A stretch of DNA of 59,162 nucleotides. Source: a virus. Lineage: Duplodnaviria > Caudoviricetes. Location: positions 1 to 59,162 of IMG/VR virus record IMGVR_UViG_3300016474_000119. The stretch is one strand, 5' to 3'. The notes under the pieces are model-generated. The model made no database searches and was not told where the DNA came from. It saw only the letters and a program-made list of their open reading frames with translations. Below are positions 55,114 to 59,162 of the stretch, one piece after another. A program made the position numbers and the translations under genes. Positions within the stretch are counted from its first letter, which is position 1. Every line of letters starts with the position of its first letter.

Positions 55114-55611
55114 ATGCGCAAGACTATCGATTTCATTGTAGCTGGGGCGTCTGTGAAAAGATTTCACACTGTTCCCACGATCCAGCAGGAAACTGTCGGT
55201 CATCATTCTCACTGCGTCGCGCTGCTCTGCACGCTGTTTGATCCACACGCAAGTCGCGAACTCATCACCATGGCGCTTCTGCACGACCTGCCTGAGCAGG
55301 TTGTCGGCGACATCCCTTCCCCGGCGAAACGAGAATTAGATTTCGCGGATCGCTTGGAAGACCTGGAGCAGTCAATATTGCAACAAGGTTTCGGTTACGT
55401 GCCGAACCTGACTAAGCGAGAAGCAAAGACTCTTAAGCTGGCAGACATTGGTAGCGGTGCGTTGTTTTGTCTGCAGGAAATGCGCATGGGTAACTCTATT
55501 ATTGAACACGTATTCTGGCGTTACCTGGAATACGCGTTCGAATTGGATATAGAAGGTTATCCGCTAGAATTTTTTAACAAACTTCAGGAGATGGCAGATG
55601 AGTGCAAATAG
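55114..55611 (+). CDS. HD-domain 5'-deoxynucleotidase (YfbR-like)
   Basis: VKRFH...ETVGHHS...ALLHDLPE..VGDIPSPAK...LKLAD. Confidence 0.85.
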   Translation: MRKTIDFIVAGASVKRFHTVPTIQQETVGHHSHCVALLCTLFDPHASRELITMALLHDLPEQVVGDIPSPAKRELDFADRLEDLEQSILQQGFGYVPNLTKREAKTLKLADIGSGALFCLQEMRMGNSIIEHVFWRYLEYAFELDIEGYPLEFFNKLQEMADECK

Positions 55612-56056
55612 AGATTCGGGGATATATCGCTTGAAGTTTCCTGACGGTTCAGCTTATATCGGCGCGTCTAAAAACATAACTGCTCGAGTTCAAACTCAAT
55701 TGAGCTGGCTCAGGAAAAATAAAGGGCAGACCAAAGTTCTTCAGGAGAAATACGATGAGTTTGGGGAACCTGAATCAGAAGTTGTGTTATACTGCTCTCC
55801 TGAAAATTTAAGACTTTATGAAATGTTGGTTTTCAATATAACAGACAAGCCTCTTTGTCGTCCGGTTTCTGGTGGTATAGCCGGTAAAACTTTGAGCGCG
55901 GAAGCTAAGAAAAATATGTCTGAAGCCGCCAAACGCAAAGATCAAACTGGTCAATCCGCTCGGCAATTAGAAACTTGGGCGGATCCTGAAATTCGCGCTC
56001 GCAGGATAGCGGGAATGATTAAACATCACCAACGGAGGAAAAATGAGCAACGCTAA
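55598..56056 (+). CDS. GIY-YIG endonuclease with NUMOD3-like tail
   Basis: SGIYRL......AYIGAS.NI..R...E; GKTLSAEAKKNMSEA. Confidence 0.75.
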   Translation: MSANRDSGIYRLKFPDGSAYIGASKNITARVQTQLSWLRKNKGQTKVLQEKYDEFGEPESEVVLYCSPENLRLYEMLVFNITDKPLCRPVSGGIAGKTLSAEAKKNMSEAAKRKDQTGQSARQLETWADPEIRARRIAGMIKHHQRRKNEQR

Positions 56057-56321
56057 TGATCGTCAAGTCGGGGGAGTTCACTATAAGAGCGACATCGCTC
56101 ATTGGGATTACGTAGTAGCGAATGACCTCGATTATTTTCAGGGTCAGATTACGAAGTACGTGACTCGTTGGAAAAAGAAGAATGGTCTCACTGACCTGCT
56201 CAAAGCACAACACTTCCTTGAGAAGTACATTGAGGTCGTACGCAGCCAGCACGTTAAAGATATTGAGAAAATGTTTGACGATGGCTCAGAGCCGGGTCGC
56301 GGATACGTAAAGCAGGACTGA
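56043..56321 (+). CDS. DUF3310 family protein
   Basis: QVGGVHYK...YFQGQITKYVTRWKKKNG..DL.KA.HFLE. Confidence 0.8.
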   Translation: MSNANDRQVGGVHYKSDIAHWDYVVANDLDYFQGQITKYVTRWKKKNGLTDLLKAQHFLEKYIEVVRSQHVKDIEKMFDDGSEPGRGYVKQD

Positions 56322-58198
56322 TGAGCACCTGGGTATACGATACGGAAACGCTGCCGAATGCCACCCTGCTTTGCGCAATCGAGGTGGACACCGGTGAGCG
56401 TTTTCACATCTGGCGCGATGAGGAGAATGCGCCCGAGCGTCTAAGGCAGTTCATGATGCAGAAGGACGCCACATTTGTCGGATTCAACAGCAACTCCTTC
56501 GACAACCTTATCGTGTCTGCGTTTATAGCCGGTCGTACGGAAGCTGAGATAAAGCGTATCGCTAACGACGTTATTGAGAACCGGTTGTCGCCGTGGAGAG
56601 CGATGAACAAGCACATGCTGCCCGAGCTTCCGTATGATAGTATCGACTTGATTGAGGTGGCTCCGTCGTTCGTAGGTCTTAAGGCGTATGGCGCTCGCAT
56701 GCATATGGAAGTCTTACAGGACATGCCGATAGCGCACGACACCGTGATTACGGAAGAGCAGAAGGTAGAGGTATTGTCGTACTGCTGGAACGATTGCCTG
56801 ACAACGCAGGAGCTGCTCCGCAATCTTGAGAAGGAACTGCTGCTACGCGTAGACATCTCTAAGCAGTACAACGTGGACATGCGTAGTAAGTCTGACTCTC
56901 AGATGGCTGAGCAGGCGTATATAACGTCGATGGGGTTGCGCCGTAAGGACAACAAGGTTCCTGAGACTGTTACCTACACACCACCCAAGTTCTTGCAGTT
57001 TGAGAGCGAAGTTTTGAGCGGTCTGCTGCACCGGGTTTCTAAGCACGTGTTTGAGATGAATCGCGGCACCGGGCACGTTGTACTACCGGAATTCTTAGGA
57101 GGAGAACAGATTGAGTTCGGACATGGGAAGTATCAACTCGGTGTGGGAGGAATCCACAGCACTCATGACAAAAAGATCTGTCACGTTGCCGGAGAAGACA
57201 TCATCTGCGATATCGACGCTGCTAGCTTCTATCCCAGCATCATCCTGGAATGCGGATTCGTACCAGAAGGCCTCGGTCAGCGGTTTGTCGATGAATATCG
57301 TTCAATTTACGAAAGACGACTTGAAGCTAAACGTGCAGGAGATAAAACAACCGACGCTACCCTGAAGATCTCCCTTAACGGAACCTTCGGAAAGCTGGCA
57401 TCTAAATATTCCGTATTGTACGCACCGGATCTGATGCTTGCAGTGACGTTGACAGGTCAGTTTACCCTGCTAATGTTGATAGAGAGGTTAGAAAACGTGG
57501 GTGTAGAGACGTTGAGCGCCAACACTGATGGTATCGCTATTAAGTACCCAAAGACGCTAGAGAAGGACGTTCAGAGGGTGGTGTCTGAGTTCAGCGAATT
57601 GTCTAAGTTCTCATTTGAGTTCACGCCGTATCGGGTGTTAGCCATGAAGGATGTGAATAATTATTTCGCTGTCAAGCCTGACCGCTCGCTCAAAGTTAAA
57701 GGTATCTACACTCCCGCGATTGAGAGAAAGAATGGCAAGGAAACGTTCAATCTTAAGAAAAATCCTACCGCGCAAGTGGCGGCTGACGCTGTCGGTGCAT
57801 GGTTGGCTGCTGGCGTACCGTTTGAAGACACGATTCGCTCGGCTCCGTTCGTGGATTTCTTGTCTGCTCGAAACGTCACCGGTGGTGGCGAGCAGTCCGG
57901 TGTCTACTTGGGAAAAGTGGTCAGATGGTACCAGTCCAATTTACCGAAACTCGAACCCATTCAGTATGCGAGTAACGGGAACAAGGTCGCAAAAACCGAC
58001 GGAGCACGGGCTTGTATGGTGCTCAAAGACCGGAAGATTCGTCCACGAGACCTTGACTATGAATGGTACATCAACGAAGCTATAAAGATCGCAGTAGCCG
58101 TAGGATGTAAAAGATTTTTAACACCCGAGCAGTTAAGTAGAATAGCACCGCCGGAAAAACCAAAGAGGAAGCGTAAAAATGGAACTGGGGAACAGTAG
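56321..58198 (+). CDS. DNA polymerase, family B type with 3'-5' exonuclease
   Basis: YDTET, GFN..SFD, YCWND exonuclease motifs; DIDAASFYPS, KISLNGTFGK and NTDG polymerase motifs. Confidence 0.9.
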   Translation: MSTWVYDTETLPNATLLCAIEVDTGERFHIWRDEENAPERLRQFMMQKDATFVGFNSNSFDNLIVSAFIAGRTEAEIKRIANDVIENRLSPWRAMNKHMLPELPYDSIDLIEVAPSFVGLKAYGARMHMEVLQDMPIAHDTVITEEQKVEVLSYCWNDCLTTQELLRNLEKELLLRVDISKQYNVDMRSKSDSQMAEQAYITSMGLRRKDNKVPETVTYTPPKFLQFESEVLSGLLHRVSKHVFEMNRGTGHVVLPEFLGGEQIEFGHGKYQLGVGGIHSTHDKKICHVAGEDIICDIDAASFYPSIILECGFVPEGLGQRFVDEYRSIYERRLEAKRAGDKTTDATLKISLNGTFGKLASKYSVLYAPDLMLAVTLTGQFTLLMLIERLENVGVETLSANTDGIAIKYPKTLEKDVQRVVSEFSELSKFSFEFTPYRVLAMKDVNNYFAVKPDRSLKVKGIYTPAIERKNGKETFNLKKNPTAQVAADAVGAWLAAGVPFEDTIRSAPFVDFLSARNVTGGGEQSGVYLGKVVRWYQSNLPKLEPIQYASNGNKVAKTDGARACMVLKDRKIRPRDLDYEWYINEAIKIAVAVGCKRFLTPEQLSRIAPPEKPKRKRKNGTGEQ

Positions 58199-58529
58199 AA
58201 CGGTATGGGTGGTGCAGGTTGACAACACCAAAGATATGTCCGAGGCTAAAAAGTTCGGGCAATTGAAGGCTGTTTTCGGCAAGCCTCGCAAACCCTATGA
58301 CACCGAGAATATGATCAGTCGCGCTCGCCATGTGCTCAAAGAATGGCAGTCCGGAGACTACCTGCTGATGATTGGCGACCCGGCACTCTGCGCTGTGGCG
58401 CTGGGCTTGGTGCACGAATTGACTGAAGTGGTGAATATTTTGAGTTGGGATAGGAATAGTTTCCAGTACATCCCGCAGCGATGGGATTTTAATCCCCATC
58501 ACGAAGATTTCAGCATGGCGGACGACTAA
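58179..58529 (+). CDS. Hypothetical protein
   Basis: A.KFG.L...DYLLMIGDP...LSWDR; GAGG RBS. Confidence 0.7.
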   Translation: MELGNSRTVWVVQVDNTKDMSEAKKFGQLKAVFGKPRKPYDTENMISRARHVLKEWQSGDYLLMIGDPALCAVALGLVHELTEVVNILSWDRNSFQYIPQRWDFNPHHEDFSMADD

Positions 58530-58559
58530 CCGCCAACATCTCAGAAAGGAGAAAACAAA

Positions 58560-59162
58560 ATGTCTAATTGGCAAGATGCTCTACGTCGCGGTAAGCAGGA
58601 AGTTCCACCTCGGATTTGTATCTACGGTGGTCACGGTATCGGTAAGTCTACACTGGCTAGTCAGTTCCCGGCTCCGATTTTCATCAGCACTGAGGACGGT
58701 CTGGATTCGCTGGATGTCGTCAGCTTCCCTAAGGCTCAGAAGATCGATGATGTCGTGAATAGCATCAAGACGCTACTCAAGGAAGATCACGAATTCAAGA
58801 CTATCGTGATTGACAGTGTGGATTGGCTGATTGAGCCACTGATCGTGTCTAACGTGGAGAGCACGCACGACTCGAAGGAACTGGCCTATGGTAAAGGCTC
58901 CATGATGATTGCGGAAGAGTTCCGCGAGATTCTTCAGGGACTGGACGCGCTCCGACTCCGCAAAGGTATGAATGTCGTTCTGATTGCGCATTCGGCGGTG
59001 GTAAAGTTCGAAGATCCGCGCACCGAACCGTACGATCGTTACCAGCCAAAACTGCCGAAATTGTGTAACGCACTACTCATGGAGTGGGCAGACGTATTGG
59101 CATTTGCAGCATTTAAGGTGATCATTCGCAAGTCTGACGCCGGTTTCAACAACACCAAGAAT
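58560..59162 (+). CDS. AAA_24/Sak4-like ATPase, N-terminal part (not in the ORF track)
   Basis: IYGGHGIGKST (Walker A), IVIDSVDW (Walker B), LIAH, YDRYQPKL; open for 201 codons to the window end. Confidence 0.9.
   Translation, partial: MSNWQDALRRGKQEVPPRICIYGGHGIGKSTLASQFPAPIFISTEDGLDSLDVVSFPKAQKIDDVVNSIKTLLKEDHEFKTIVIDSVDWLIEPLIVSNVESTHDSKELAYGKGSMMIAEEFREILQGLDALRLRKGMNVVLIAHSAVVKFEDPRTEPYDRYQPKLPKLCNALLMEWADVLAFAAFKVIIRKSDAGFNNTKN

Overview
The window looks like a complete, circularly permuted 59,162-bp genome of a tailed dsDNA phage. An AAA-ATPase ORF starting at 58560 runs off the right end and continues in frame from base 1 to a stop at 136-138. The minus strand (2506-43768) carries a podovirus-type morphogenesis block: TerS, TerL, portal, GroES, scaffold, major capsid protein, adaptors, tail fibres and internal/ejection proteins. 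It also carries a large lysis cassette (GH19 endolysin, Rz with embedded Rz1), a primase-helicase and an SF2 helicase. The plus strand (43948-59162, then 1-2472) carries small early genes, a thymidine hypermodification pathway, nucleotide-pool enzymes, a family B DNA polymerase and a recombination module. The modification pathway comprises a dUMP hydroxymethylase-like thymidylate synthase homolog, a 5hmdU DNA kinase, a P-loop kinase, an amino acid:DNA transferase and a PLP enzyme. Spanins and sigma70-like promoters point to a Gram-negative host. I saw no integrase, tRNA or CRISPR array. Most notable observations: (1) a short aromatic/M/K-x-x-G-G motif repeated 13 times in five late proteins, bracketing the domains of a PcfJ + ADP-ribosyltransferase-like polyvalent protein; (2) the amino acid:DNA transferase gene is flanked by directly repeated paralogous genes; (3) a stand-alone copy of the primase C-terminal domain sits beside a GACTGAT iteron cluster; (4) several structured intergenic RNA candidates. 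All family assignments come from motif recognition by eye; no database search was run.
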